From positions 10,923 to 74,922 of the forward strand of contig JAFGNJ010000020.1 of assembly GCA_016927065.1 (NCBI GenBank): 64,000 nt of DNA. Direction: 5' to 3'. The position numbers and the translations under genes are program-made. The stretch is from Deltaproteobacteria bacterium. GTDB lineage: Bacteria > Desulfobacterota > B13-G15 > RBG-16-54-18. This document shows, piece by piece, positions 22,901 to 30,942 of the stretch (position 1 is its first letter; every line of letters begins with the position of its first letter). The notes below the pieces were generated by a model. The model was not told the DNA's origin, did not search any database, and saw only the letters and a list, made by a program, of their open reading frames with translations.

Positions 22901-23157
22901 CTTCCAAACGGAATCGGCACCGACCACTGAAGGCTCATAGCGGCAGCCCCAGCGATGAAGCCGCAGAGGAAGAAACCCGCGGCCACTCCAAAGGCCCGGA
23001 GCCGCAGGAAGGGATCTCGAGTTTGGATATGTCCATCCGCTGTCTTGCTCATCAAGGCAACGCGCCGGAAACCCCTCCGCTGCAACCCCTTGAGGGCCCT
23101 GCGAGCCGCATCCTGTTTTGCGAAGTAGCCTATGAGAATGCCTGCTCTCACGTCCAT
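13915..23157 (-). CDS. ndvB: Cyclic beta-1,2-glucan synthase (Cgs/NdvB/ChvB; glucan synthase, glucoamylase-like and GH94 domains)
   Basis: EWLLDN, GWERKRGKL, TLDSDT, SHDLIEG, RQHRWIRGDWQ, PPDNYQ, YYDLLASEARL, GAFGFRDQLQD, GDWNDGM, RENGGQYTH. Confidence 0.93.
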   Translation of the reverse strand: MDVRAGILIGYFAKQDAARRALKGLQRRGFRRVALMSKTADGHIQTRDPFLRLRAFGVAAGFFLCGFIAGAAAMSLQWSVPIPFGSLSTLIPGLAGGIAGIFFSVAWIRRSRFGVERRLLEDHARWLVSEETVLILRAPIETLRSPMAVLQESDEIPPAIFFLHPKREDFIGEAASLESPLSGVQIQEYAERLAKDHQVSTNPRRNIKLLKWLEQTRRWIHRVCLDLSEASRLGQSTPPTTEWLLDNEYIIESNVREVQLNLPRRYYQELPALASGPYRGLPRIYGLARELVSHADLRLDRENILAFIKAYQSVGPLSIGELWAVPQMLRAALVEGLLYLAERALTELREREIADFWANRLITANRRDPNQPFSILSILAELAESQPKPSPYFSLQLIDNLYDQEAALVPVKAWLERMFRKSLGDLNLREQNRQMKDQISIGNAFTSLRQLALLDWRKIFEQISRVEQLLRMDPSGVYPRMDFDTRDRYRRTIEELARRSGQAEERVAQRAIDLATRAAHKGVKDERRIHVGTYLVGEGRHELAQLIRCREAPRFRVVQWVYRHHAAVYFLGLGFFTAVFISLIVLLGMRGQTPVIRLLLALLLLIPISQLSLEVVNYLVTQLLPPRTLPKMNFEDSGIPDEFRTLVVVPMLLVDAETIRAEAEKLELRYLTNKENNVFFGLFSDYADSKQAHGEEDEHLLQATIESIEALNNRYGGERFSLFHRERKWSESEQKFIGWERKRGKLEELNRLIDGTRPEDANRLVYVGDPDRLSDVRFVITLDSDTQLPHDTARRMVETLAHPLNLPRFDDKGGILAGSYAIIQPRVSPSLPSTSATPFSRLFSDPIGIDPYTKAVSDVNQDLTGEGSYHGKGIYDVRVFSRVLSGTFPEEQLLSHDLIEGAHVRVGLASDIELYDEFPQDYMSYTSRQHRWIRGDWQIADWILPRVPLPGGGRGPNPLSWFDRWKVFDNLRRSLVPATSLGLLIASWLTSSEMVWISAVVVAMQLLFHPLVQPFIWATTGQGPRGFSFLRLAHDLLRAIVEAALLPRQAWLAMDAILRVWYRRLISHRGLLEWTSTQVMHGNAPDRVQTFVMLLGLASIFSVIMGWAVQRWMPSNIFLAGPWLVLWFLSPLIGWLLTLRPHARSQRLLFPEKDVRFLRKVARRTWRYFSDFVGENTSWLPPDNYQFSHKNQLAMRTSPTNIGFWMVSALAAHDFGYLTMDQAIEKLTRTMETIGKLERYEGHLLNWYDIKTLTPLEPRYVSMVDSGNLLGALWALEQGLDDLMQDPMLDAKAFAGLRDTGEILKQVVEEEGVSALNARRLDELMRSCENPPDRIADALRLLRQLEDSIKGLYRKKRKSASGGPSGEPGGGTRGETDGETGGESRAAYWAGQMEKQVLAWREIVDRYLAWIEIIDEKAEDEIALLGREAVLALRENLYHAPSLRDLAKGHIGCIQTLQSIRDFSPSETGPLFEWISRLLQAFAKAQWLAGEMLALGERLVQDGRELSESINMPFLYDSERRLFSVGYNVSDGRLDSAYYDLLASEARLGSFVAIARGDVSAEHWFSMSRPYGAIGRHRVLLSWTGSMFEYLMPLILQKTYWNSLLDKATREAVAIHIAYGRKLHVPWGISESAFGDLDINKTYQYKAFGVPELGLKRGLEEVVVAPYATLLAVNIAPRETVQNLKRLAKLGLLNDYGYYEAMDFSRQPGRPGERGVMVRAYMTNHQGMSFLSLTNFIHGNIIQRRFHADARVRAVEPLLHERIPVLPPLHHITTRERAPSVTDVGEVVPSVSKFDTPHTATPKTQLLSNGSYNLMLTNAGGGYSRWRDYEITRWRSDRTRDPWGTFCYIHEADSDRLWSNTYHPTGGKVEAYSANFALDRAVFRRTDSGIQTETEVIVSPEDDVEIRRITLINRSVRTRRLELTSYVELSMAPHNADRQHPAFNKLFIQTEAVPEYQALLACRRPRGDDDPPIYIAHRFTLEQVEDNALQFDTDRRRFIGRGRTLASPMGVFQELGSNQGFVLDPILSLRRSVTLGPGRRIQVSLVIAAGETRQQVLRLMDKYGELPPIDRAMDVAWASAQLELRLLRIQPDEARRFQQLTSHLLFPNPSLRPPIECIEKNCKGQAGLWPYGISGDVPIALVTIGEAQDITLVRQMLQAHAYWHNHGLMADLVILNEEASGYEQPLRERLEHLIQTHAMHAGIDQSGGVYVRSADLMPEEDLTLLRAAASVELVAARGTLPQQLGMPAEAPEMPEPMVKKRAPREPSPALPFLELPYFNSLGGFTPDGREYAIYFGPDTHTPAPWVNVIANPTFGTVLSETGAGFTWYGNSQRNRLTPWSNDSVMDPPSEALYIRDEESGVYWTPTPTPIREKTPYRTRHGAGYTAFEHNSNGIEQELLVFVPVDEQGGEPIKLQRLRLRNDSARHRKLSVTYYVEWTLGENRESSQMHVVTTWDDEAQALLARNRYHPEYGDRVAFAAISPPVESYNGDRTSFLGRNRSMANPVAMERIRLSLRTGAGLDPCAALQVRVELAPGEKVEITCMVGQAGSAEEVHKLVQTYRKSSAFETSLSKMKAWWDDLLGTIEVHTPELAADFLINRWLLYQSLSCRIWGRSAFYQPGGAFGFRDQLQDVMAFVYAYPDLAREHILFAASRQFKEGDVQHWWHPPNGAGIRSRISDDPLWLPYVVAHYIRITGDVGILHTTVPFLNAPLLEADQREALSTPEIARERGTLFEHCERAVSRGLTVGPTGLPLMGTGDWNDGMNLVGAGGKGESVWLAWFLADVLQGMVEMADLLDRPDLRKTYQQKRKALIKLVEQKAWDGEWYLRAIFDDGTPLGSSANEEAKIDSLPQSWAWLSGAADTDRAKSALESAWRHLVREDEGLVLLLEPPFDKSEPSPGYIKGYPPGVRENGGQYTHAALWFAMAMARRGDGERAVKMMRMLNPIERARDPETVWRYGIEPYVIAADVYRLPGRIGHGGWSWYTGASAWMYRAWVEEILGLQVRGDRMQVNPVIPGWWEGFSLRYRHGEAIYEIRVENPEGYERGVAWVELDGRRVRDRVIPLDRDFIKHRVLVHMGKPQ
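19009..19080. repeat. Six degenerate 12-bp tandem units inside cgs (ASGG-PSGE-PGGG-TRGE-TDGE-TGGE)
   Basis: ttcacctccggt/ttcaccgtctgt/ttcacctcgggt/tccccctccggg/ttccccagaggg/tccgccggaggc. Confidence 0.7.
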
Positions 23158-23343
23158 TCCTTTCTTAACCGTGAGGTACAGATTCCTAGACCGCGAGATT
23201 GACGCCGCTTTTGGATGGGAAGCTACGAGCTGACGCTATCAGCATATCGTCCTGGGTTATCACTGGCCTCAGGCGGAAATCTCCCTTGCACACGAACCTG
23301 CGTCCAAAAGGTGTCAGGTTGTTGAACGATGGCGTACAGTCCC

Positions 23344-23538
23344 TCACTCCTCCCAATGGATACACTCCACCGGGCACGCCTCTATCGCCTCCTCTATCTT
23401 GTCTTCAGAAGCCCCTTTCTGGTCAATAACCTCCACCTTGTCCGTCTTTTCATTGAGTTTAAAGACCTCTGGGCAGATCTCCTCGCACGTGCCGCACCCG
23501 ATGCACTCCTCCTCATCTATAACGATATTACGAGCCAT
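23344..23538 (-). CDS. Single-cluster [4Fe-4S] ferredoxin (64 aa)
   Basis: CIGCGTCEEICP...ACPVECI; RBS AAGGAGG before ATG at 23538. Confidence 0.93.
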   Translation of the reverse strand: MARNIVIDEEECIGCGTCEEICPEVFKLNEKTDKVEVIDQKGASEDKIEEAIEACPVECIHWEE

Positions 23539-23725
23539 TATACCCTCCTTATGGTTGCTTATAAAATACTTTAACAAAAACCCTATAAAACTAAACTTTC
23601 ATGCCCCGCCGAAAAAAGATAAAGCCCCACCTCGAACAAAGCATCAGGTCCATATTCTTCACTCATAATCCCTTGTAGGGAAAGGAGTACAAGGAGCCGT
23701 GTGGGGGCACAAGCAACTGTGTTGT

Positions 23726-25072
23726 TCAAACTACCATGCCCGCAGCAGTAATGGCATGCCTTTCCTGTATCACCTTTTCTATATTGTAGGTCCCCATACA
23801 GGGTGCATAGAGGTATCCCTGCAGGGCGGCGCGCGCCAGCTGCCCCCCCTCCAACCAGTAGGTCAGCCATTCGTCTGCATTATCCGCGTCCTCCTGACCG
23901 TATCCAGACCCCAGATGAGTCAGCCAGTCACAGTTGCATTGCTCATGCGCGCCGATGTGCGGCGCTATGACGACCGGAAGGCCCAAGGCGGTATAGAATG
24001 ACATCTCGCTCGGTTTGCTCCATAATATATCCGTGGTGCGCAGCGTCCGGTTCATAGCCGTGTAGTATTCTTCGTAGATGTCTGCATAAACAATCGTAAT
24101 GCTCCTGCCCACGTGATTGTCCAGACCGATCCGTTCAATTCCTCGCTCCAGCAATTCCTTTACTTCCGGTTTCGTGCCAGCGGCAATATTGATTTTGATC
24201 CGATCTTCCCTCAGTCGGCGCTCATAGGCCTTGATCATATCAAGGGCGATATCGGCCTGGGCGCCTGCCCCGCCGATCGCATAGGTAATGGTGAGGGGGT
24301 GGTTGGCGTGCCGCTTAAAATCTTTGAACGACGTGGGTGGCGCTGGATCGTCGACAAACAGCTTTTCGCAGATAACCGCCCGTAAGTTTTCAAAAAAAAC
24401 GCCGTTAGGATCCAGGTTCACTAATCGGGCAATCAGATCGTGGTGAAGTATCGAGCGCCGTTCGCCGATATTTTCTTTAGGTAACGGAAAGCCGGTCTCG
24501 ATGATCCGATGCTGCGGGACACCATATTCTCGTAACCGCAGCGATGCATGACGGCACGGCGAAAGATAGGTGATATAGCCCTTCGGCGGATACCGCGACG
24601 CCCACACGCGGTGGATATCCGTATCCGTGACCACACAGTAAGCCTCTCGGCCATGGTAATGAAATACCAGTGCCGGGATGAAATGGGTGGTGATCACCGG
24701 CAGCGGCGAGTCCCCGACGTAGTCCACCAGGCTTCGCCCAAACCCTTTCTTTTTGATGAGTCTCCTGATCTGCCGGACGCTGTAGGTAGGGCGGGAAAGG
24801 TCGCGGAACGGGAAAATAGGGGCTATGTGTTGGAGTCTATTATACAGATCGAACACAAGGTTACCCACTAACGGCACCTCCTTGAGCCGAGAGACGGTTT
24901 CGTAGAACATACGGGCACGCTCCCACAGGAACGTATCGGACTCAGGAACAATGGAATCGTTGTTGGCGGTGATAATGCGGTCCGGTACAAGGCCTTTCAG
25001 GGCATAGGCAGCCCGTTGATGGCCGTATCCCATGTCTACTGAGATGATATGCGCCTTAGGCACGGATCTCAT
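23726..25072 (-). CDS. GT28/MGDG-synthase-like glycosyltransferase
   Basis: MGYGHQRAA, TTHF, VVTD, TGFP, GGAG and WSKPSE motifs of GT-B diacylglycerol glycosyltransferases. Confidence 0.7.
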   Translation of the reverse strand: MRSVPKAHIISVDMGYGHQRAAYALKGLVPDRIITANNDSIVPESDTFLWERARMFYETVSRLKEVPLVGNLVFDLYNRLQHIAPIFPFRDLSRPTYSVRQIRRLIKKKGFGRSLVDYVGDSPLPVITTHFIPALVFHYHGREAYCVVTDTDIHRVWASRYPPKGYITYLSPCRHASLRLREYGVPQHRIIETGFPLPKENIGERRSILHHDLIARLVNLDPNGVFFENLRAVICEKLFVDDPAPPTSFKDFKRHANHPLTITYAIGGAGAQADIALDMIKAYERRLREDRIKINIAAGTKPEVKELLERGIERIGLDNHVGRSITIVYADIYEEYYTAMNRTLRTTDILWSKPSEMSFYTALGLPVVIAPHIGAHEQCNCDWLTHLGSGYGQEDADNADEWLTYWLEGGQLARAALQGYLYAPCMGTYNIEKVIQERHAITAAGMVV

Positions 25073-25202
25073 ATAAGAAACTCCGCTTGAAAATAGCAGC
25101 CCATATGGTAATGGTAAAACCAAGATGTGTCAAAAGATTTTTCAAACAAAAAACAGAATGATATTGCCATAAAAGGTTCGAGAGGCTAGAATACGGAGCG
25201 TA

Positions 25203-26441
25203 ATGACCCTATTCTACATATTTGCATGCCTGGTGTTTTTGGGGATTGTTGTTATTGCGCTACAAAACCTCGCCATACGATCCTCCATCCCAAAAAATCA
25301 GATCATACCGGAATCTGATTTTTTGGCCGGGGAAATGACATGGAGGAAAAATATATCCCCAAAACAGTCTTTGAACGGATTCTCTCCCCCTACATCGATC
25401 CTGAAACCCCTCAAGGGATTGGATGATGACCTCTTTGATAACCTCGTGAGTTTCTGCAACCAAGATTACGCAGAGCATGAGATTATATTCGCCCTTGAAG
25501 ACAAGAATGACCCTGCTCTAAAATTGGCGCAAAAAATAAAAAAGCAGCACCCCCACCAAAAAATCTCCATTATCGTAAAACAAAAAGATCGCGCCTTGAA
25601 TCCGAAAGTCAACAACATGTTCTCCGCCTATAGGATCTCTCAATTTCCATACGTCCTTATCAGCGATAGTGATGTCAGAGTAGACAAAGACTACCTTATG
25701 ACGATAGGTCAATACATGGAAGATCCCCACGTTGGGCTTGTGTGTAATCTCATTCGAGGCATTGGAAGTCGTACCATCGGTTCTCTGTTTGAAAATCTCC
25801 ATCTCAATTCTTTTGTGATCGGAAATATTGCAATTCTCTCCCGGTTTATCAAGATGCCCGTCGTCGTCGGGAAATCCATGCTGATGAGGAAAGAGGCCCT
25901 TGAAGAAATCGGGGGATTTGAGGCGGTGCAGAACGTCCTTGCCGAGGACTATGTGATGGGTGATTTGATGCATAGAAGGGGGAAAAAGGTCATCACCTCT
26001 GGTCATATAATCAATGCGGTGAATCACAATAGAACGATGATGCAATTCCTCAAAAGACACGCCAGGTGGGGGAAAATGCGGTTTAAACTTGGAGGTATAG
26101 GATACGTTTCCGAAATACTCAGCAACACCGTGTTTATAGCATGCCTCTCACTCGCCGTAGTGGGGCCAACCACAGGCACGATTTTTTTAACCTCTACAGC
26201 CTCGCTCGCAACAATAATCGGGAATTACTGCTTGGGAAAAAGGATTGGATCAGCCCATCGCTTCTATCATTATCTGTTATCACCCCTCAAGGATATCATT
26301 ATAGGCGTTATCTGGTTTTTCCCATTCTTCAGTCGGACAGTGATGTGGAGAAAACACAAATATAAAATTGCGCAAGGCTCGGTCCTCATCCCACTTCATG
26401 CTAAGGGCGTTCAACAAGAAAGTCCATTAAAAAACTTGTAA
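25203..26441 (+). CDS. GT21 ceramide glucosyltransferase/HpnI-like glycosyltransferase
   Basis: SILKPLKG, NPKVNN, ISDSD, GKSML, LAEDY, RHARW; N- and C-terminal TM segments. Confidence 0.88.
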   Translation: MTLFYIFACLVFLGIVVIALQNLAIRSSIPKNQIIPESDFLAGEMTWRKNISPKQSLNGFSPPTSILKPLKGLDDDLFDNLVSFCNQDYAEHEIIFALEDKNDPALKLAQKIKKQHPHQKISIIVKQKDRALNPKVNNMFSAYRISQFPYVLISDSDVRVDKDYLMTIGQYMEDPHVGLVCNLIRGIGSRTIGSLFENLHLNSFVIGNIAILSRFIKMPVVVGKSMLMRKEALEEIGGFEAVQNVLAEDYVMGDLMHRRGKKVITSGHIINAVNHNRTMMQFLKRHARWGKMRFKLGGIGYVSEILSNTVFIACLSLAVVGPTTGTIFLTSTASLATIIGNYCLGKRIGSAHRFYHYLLSPLKDIIIGVIWFFPFFSRTVMWRKHKYKIAQGSVLIPLHAKGVQQESPLKNL

Positions 26442-26639
26442 TTAAATAAAACCTCTATATTCGAATCCTCTTTCTAACACCTTATTGTTGCTCGGAAATA
26501 TTTCCTATGTTAAAATATCTATTTACAGTTAAAAAGATTCTTTCGTCATCAACGGCATGTATAATAGGCAACCGCCAGAACTTGAGAAAGCTGGTAGGGC
26601 AAAAAGAAGTCTTTCATAAATCGTAAGGGGGGAGAGAAG

Positions 26640-27758
26640 ATGAGAACGGCATGGCGTATCTTCACAATATTCGGCATCAAGATCAAGATCGACTCGAGCT
26701 GGGTCTTTATCTTCACCTTTGTCACCTGGGCCCTTGCCGGATACTACTTCCCCAGCCAGTATCCCCATTGGCCCCCCTGGCAGCATTGGATCGTTGGCCT
26801 CATCGCCAGCCTGCTCCTCTTCTCCTCGGTATTAGCCCATGAGCTGACCCACTCTCTCGTGGCCCGCAGCAGGGGAGAGGAGGTGCGCAGTATCACCCTC
26901 TTTCTCTTTGGGGGGGTTGCCGAGATCTCAGAGGAACCAGGGACACCGGCCAAGGAGTTCATCATCGCCTTGGTAGGACCCGTATCCAGCCTGATCATCG
27001 CCGCCCTCTTTTTCGGACTGTGGTATGGCATGCGAGGGATCAACGAACCCATCGCCGCCATAGCCCGCTATCTATCCTTCATCAACGGTATCCTCGCAGT
27101 GTTCAACATGATCCCTGGATTCCCCCTCGATGGGGGGAGAGTCTTGCGGTCCGTAATATGGAAGATGACGGGCAATCTCAAGCGGGCCACCCGGATCGCC
27201 TCCATCACCGGGCAAGTCGTTGCCTTTCTCTTCATCGTTTTCGGCATATCACAGATCTTGCAGGGACTTTTCTTAAACGGCCTCTGGATCGCCCTCATCG
27301 GTTGGTTTATCCACAGTGCCGCCGCTCGGGGATATCGACAAGTCCTCCTGCAAGAGGTGCTCAAAGATGTCAGGGCGCAGGACCTGATGGACACCGCCTT
27401 TGAGACAATCGATGTTTCTCTCACCGTGCAGGATTTGATTGAATATCACATCCTCCAAAAGAAGGAACGGTCATTTTTGGTCACCGATGGTGGCAAGCTG
27501 GCGGGGATCGTCTGCCTGGAGGATGTCAAGCGAGTCCCTCCCGACACGAGGGGAAAAACCACGGTGAGGGAAATCATGACCCCCAAGGATAAATTAGCGG
27601 CCGTTGCTCCCGAGGCGGACGGCAACCACATCCTCGCCAAGCTGGCGAGCAGCAAGATCCACCAGGTGCCGGTAATACAAGGGGGGAAGATCAGGGGATT
27701 GGTCTGTCGTGCCGATATCCTGGACTTCATCCACCTCCACTCAGAACTGGGGACTTAA
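26640..27758 (+). CDS. Site-2 protease (peptidase M50) with CBS domains
   Basis: HELTH zinc motif, NMIPGFPLDGG, C-terminal CBS pair. Confidence 0.93.
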   Translation: MRTAWRIFTIFGIKIKIDSSWVFIFTFVTWALAGYYFPSQYPHWPPWQHWIVGLIASLLLFSSVLAHELTHSLVARSRGEEVRSITLFLFGGVAEISEEPGTPAKEFIIALVGPVSSLIIAALFFGLWYGMRGINEPIAAIARYLSFINGILAVFNMIPGFPLDGGRVLRSVIWKMTGNLKRATRIASITGQVVAFLFIVFGISQILQGLFLNGLWIALIGWFIHSAAARGYRQVLLQEVLKDVRAQDLMDTAFETIDVSLTVQDLIEYHILQKKERSFLVTDGGKLAGIVCLEDVKRVPPDTRGKTTVREIMTPKDKLAAVAPEADGNHILAKLASSKIHQVPVIQGGKIRGLVCRADILDFIHLHSELGT

Positions 27759-27798
27759 AGGGTAAGCCGTAGGTTCAAGCGGAGAGTGAGCAGACACC

Positions 27799-28827
27799 AT
27801 GGACATCATCATCCCCACCTTAAATAAAAGCTTGATGATCACGATGTTCGTCTTTGTAATGATGACCATGGCGGACTACCTCAATGTGTTGACTGAAGGG
27901 AAGCTGAACAGGGCGATACAAGGGGGACGCGTGAGACAGTACATCGCCACGGCGTCGCTTGGGGCGATCCCGGGTTGTCTCGGTGCCTTTATGAACGTCT
28001 CTTTTTATGTCCATGGACTCATCACCTTTGGGGCGATCGTAGGGGGCATGCTCGCCACCTCAGGCGATGAAGCCTTTGTCATGCTCGCCCTATTCCCGGG
28101 CAAGGCGGTCCTCCTCTTCGCGATCTTGTTTGTCGTCGGAATCTGCTCTGCCTGGCTGGTCGATAAGCTGGTACCCCTTCTTAAGATAAGGCCCTGTGAG
28201 GGGTGCGAAACGCCCGTCCTGCATGAGGATCATAAAGGGTGGCACATTACCGTACACAGGGTAAAAGCAAATTTTCAAACGTTCTCGTTGGCCCGTTTCC
28301 TTCTCCTTATCCTCCTCGGGATATTCATCATCGGCTCTGTCTCAGGGGCTATGGGCCCTGCTGAGGGGGGTTGGGAGCGAATCACTTTTATCCTACTACT
28401 CTCGTTGGCCGCGCTCATAGTCATCACGGCCCCTGAACACTATCTCCACGAGCATATCTGGGTACATATTGCCAAGGGACATCTGTGGCGGATATTGCTT
28501 TGGAGCTTCGGTGCCCTGCTCGTTATAGAAATAGGATTGAGATTCTGGAACCTCGAGGCCTTTGTGCAGACCCATATGCCCTGGGTGTTGTTGGTGGCGG
28601 TCCTGGTAGGCGTCGTCCCTGAATCAGGACCGCATCTTATCTTCGTTATGATGTTTGCCCAGGGCTTGATACCTTTCTCCGTCTTGCTGGCCAGCTCCAT
28701 CGTCCAAGACGGACACGGCATGCTCCCCCTGCTTGCCTATAGCTTTAAAGACTCCCTTTTGATCAAGGCATTTAACGTTCTGATCGGTTTGGGGATCGGG
28801 CTAGCCCTGTATCTGCTGGGCCTTTGA
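27799..28827 (+). CDS. Putative heavy-metal/manganese exporter (ArsP_2-like)
   Basis: LGAIPGCLG, ATSGDEAF, PESGPH, QDGHG; multi-TM; His-rich loops. Confidence 0.75.
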   Translation: MDIIIPTLNKSLMITMFVFVMMTMADYLNVLTEGKLNRAIQGGRVRQYIATASLGAIPGCLGAFMNVSFYVHGLITFGAIVGGMLATSGDEAFVMLALFPGKAVLLFAILFVVGICSAWLVDKLVPLLKIRPCEGCETPVLHEDHKGWHITVHRVKANFQTFSLARFLLLILLGIFIIGSVSGAMGPAEGGWERITFILLLSLAALIVITAPEHYLHEHIWVHIAKGHLWRILLWSFGALLVIEIGLRFWNLEAFVQTHMPWVLLVAVLVGVVPESGPHLIFVMMFAQGLIPFSVLLASSIVQDGHGMLPLLAYSFKDSLLIKAFNVLIGLGIGLALYLLGL

Positions 28828-28957
28828 AATAGTTCAAGCGAGTATTTATTGAAGCGAGGGGAGTACCATGCTACTATGGAGGGTACCTTGATTTCGGTCA
28901 AGGGAACGCAGCCAGCAGACTATACAGTAAATAAAGCCGAACAAATAAACGGAGGGA

Positions 28958-29764
28958 ATGATGCTAGACGAATTCCAACTTGCGGTGAAGGATCTCCACG
29001 TATCAATAGGAAAGAAGGAGATCCTCAAGGGGGTAAACCTTCAGATAAAGAAGGGAGAGGTCCATGCCATATTCGGACCAAACGGCTCGGGCAAGACCAC
29101 CCTGCTGAACGCCTTAATGGGCTTTGAGGGTTACACAGTCAAAGGGGAAATCTTCTTTGACGGAAAAGACATCTCCCATCTCCCGATCAATGAACGGGCA
29201 AGGCTCGGCATCGGCATATCCTTTCAGCGTCCGCCGGTCATCCGGGGGGTAAAACTGCAAAGACTTATCGAGACCAGTGCCAAGAAAAATGGTAACGCCT
29301 TGGAGAAGTATGCCAAAGGCCTCAATCTGGTGGATTTTCTTGAGCGTGAGGTAAACGTCGGCTTCTCCGGCGGAGAGATCAAGAGGGCGGAACTCTTACA
29401 GCTGATCCTCCAAGACCCGGATTTGGTCCTCTTGGACGAACCTGAATCGGGGGTGGATCTGGAAAATATAGCGCTGATCGGAGAATACACCAACTACCTG
29501 CTGGGGAAAATAAGGGAGCCGAACCAAGACAAGACCATGAAGGAACTGCATCGGGAACGGAAGAAATCGGGTCTCATCATCACTCACACGGGCTACATCC
29601 TCGACTACGTGGATGTGGATGTGGGGTATATCCTCATGCAGGGACAAATCGCCTGCAAGGCCAATCCCCGGGATATGCTCCACACCATCAGGGAGTGTGG
29701 GTTCGGAGAATGCTTTCGTTGCTTCCGAGAGGAGGAGACCAGTGTCAAAAGAAAAAAAGGATAA
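28958..29764 (+). CDS. sufC: SufC/SmsC Fe-S assembly ATPase
   Basis: GPNGSGKT, FSGGEIKRAE, LDEPESGVD, ITH; C-terminal CxxC (ECFRC) typical of SmsC. Confidence 0.9.
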   Translation: MMLDEFQLAVKDLHVSIGKKEILKGVNLQIKKGEVHAIFGPNGSGKTTLLNALMGFEGYTVKGEIFFDGKDISHLPINERARLGIGISFQRPPVIRGVKLQRLIETSAKKNGNALEKYAKGLNLVDFLEREVNVGFSGGEIKRAELLQLILQDPDLVLLDEPESGVDLENIALIGEYTNYLLGKIREPNQDKTMKELHRERKKSGLIITHTGYILDYVDVDVGYILMQGQIACKANPRDMLHTIRECGFGECFRCFREEETSVKRKKG

Positions 29765-30935
29765 GCCGCAACCTGCAGGTGATCTGGATCTGACTATATA
29801 CCGAGAGGAAACGAAGGAACACCCCCTTCTTGACGACCTCTCCAAGCTCTCTCCTGAGGACCGGAGGATCCTCCTGATGACCGGCGTCGACCCCTCGGGC
29901 AAAGAGCGCTCCGGGAGTTTTTTTCAAAAAGACCACTCGGTAATCCACTGCCGCACCGACTTTGACGGCGCGGAGATCATGTCCACTACCACAGCCCGGG
30001 AGAAATATGACGGTCTCACCGAATATTGGGGCAAACTCGTACCCGCAGATAAGGATGTCTATACGAGGCGAGCAGAGGAACACCAGGAGCACGGTTACTA
30101 TATTCGTTCCCTGCCCGGGGCCGACGTTCACTATCCATTGCAGGCCTGCCTCTATCTTACCGAGGATAAGCTCGCTCAGGACGTCCACAACATCGTCATT
30201 GCTGAGGAAGCATCGAACCTGAATATCATCACGGGATGTGCCACCGCCCCCGGCGTGCGTTCCGGCCTGCATGTCGGTGTCTCGGAATTTTTCGTCAAAA
30301 AGGGGGCGACCATCTCCTTTACCATGATCCACAACTGGGCGGAGGAGATGGCGGTCAGACCCAGATCGGCCGTCATCGTGGAAGAGGGGGGCACCTTCAT
30401 CTCCAACTATATCTGTCTCGTGCCCGCCAAAGACCTCCAGATGTATCCTGCAGCCACGCTCAAAGGGAAGGGAGCGGTTGCCACCTTCAATTCGGTACTG
30501 CTGGCCAAACCCGGCTCTTTTATGGATGTCGGCTCCCGGATAATCCTGCAGGGGGAAGGCTGCCGGGGTGAGGTGATCTCCCGCGTCGTCTCGACAGGGG
30601 GGACGGTTATCGCCAGGGGCCACCTGGTTGGTGAATACCCTGGCATCAGGGCCCACCTGGAGTGCAAGGGACTGTTGTTGTCCGATAAGGGCAGGATTCA
30701 CGCCATCCCCGAACTGGAAGGTACGACATCCGATCTGGAGATGTCCCATGAGGCAGCCGTAGGGAAGATCGCCCAGGAAGAGGTCGAGTACTTGATGGCC
30801 CGAGGGCTCTCCGAACAGGAGGCAACGGCCCTCATCATCAAGGGATTTCTCTCCCTCGATATCGTCGGGCTCCCCGCTGATCTCAAGAAAGAACTCGAGC
30901 GCATGATCGAAGAGACGGATACGGAGGCGATGTAG
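29742..30935 (+). CDS. sufB: SufB/SufD-family (SmsB) Fe-S scaffold
   Basis: PLQAC, IITGC, HNW, HLECKGL, PELE, SHEAAVGKI, YLMARG; GTG at 29742 follows GAGGAGGAG. Confidence 0.9.
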   Translation: MSKEKKDKPQPAGDLDLTIYREETKEHPLLDDLSKLSPEDRRILLMTGVDPSGKERSGSFFQKDHSVIHCRTDFDGAEIMSTTTAREKYDGLTEYWGKLVPADKDVYTRRAEEHQEHGYYIRSLPGADVHYPLQACLYLTEDKLAQDVHNIVIAEEASNLNIITGCATAPGVRSGLHVGVSEFFVKKGATISFTMIHNWAEEMAVRPRSAVIVEEGGTFISNYICLVPAKDLQMYPAATLKGKGAVATFNSVLLAKPGSFMDVGSRIILQGEGCRGEVISRVVSTGGTVIARGHLVGEYPGIRAHLECKGLLLSDKGRIHAIPELEGTTSDLEMSHEAAVGKIAQEEVEYLMARGLSEQEATALIIKGFLSLDIVGLPADLKKELERMIEETDTEAM

Positions 30936-30942
30936 AGCTGCT

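Noticed and set aside
13933..23202. Many plus-strand ORFs inside cgs, and similar antisense ORFs in purL, yyaL, korA and sufB (e.g. 29745-30749)
   Set aside because: Shadow ORFs of GC-rich coding strands, with no motifs or RBS
26566..26610. c-di-GMP-I (GEMM) riboswitch-like GGCAAC..CCAG..CTGG..GCAAA upstream of the M50 protease
   Set aside because: Only the first hairpin resembles the motif; the second hairpin and closing stem are absent before the start codon
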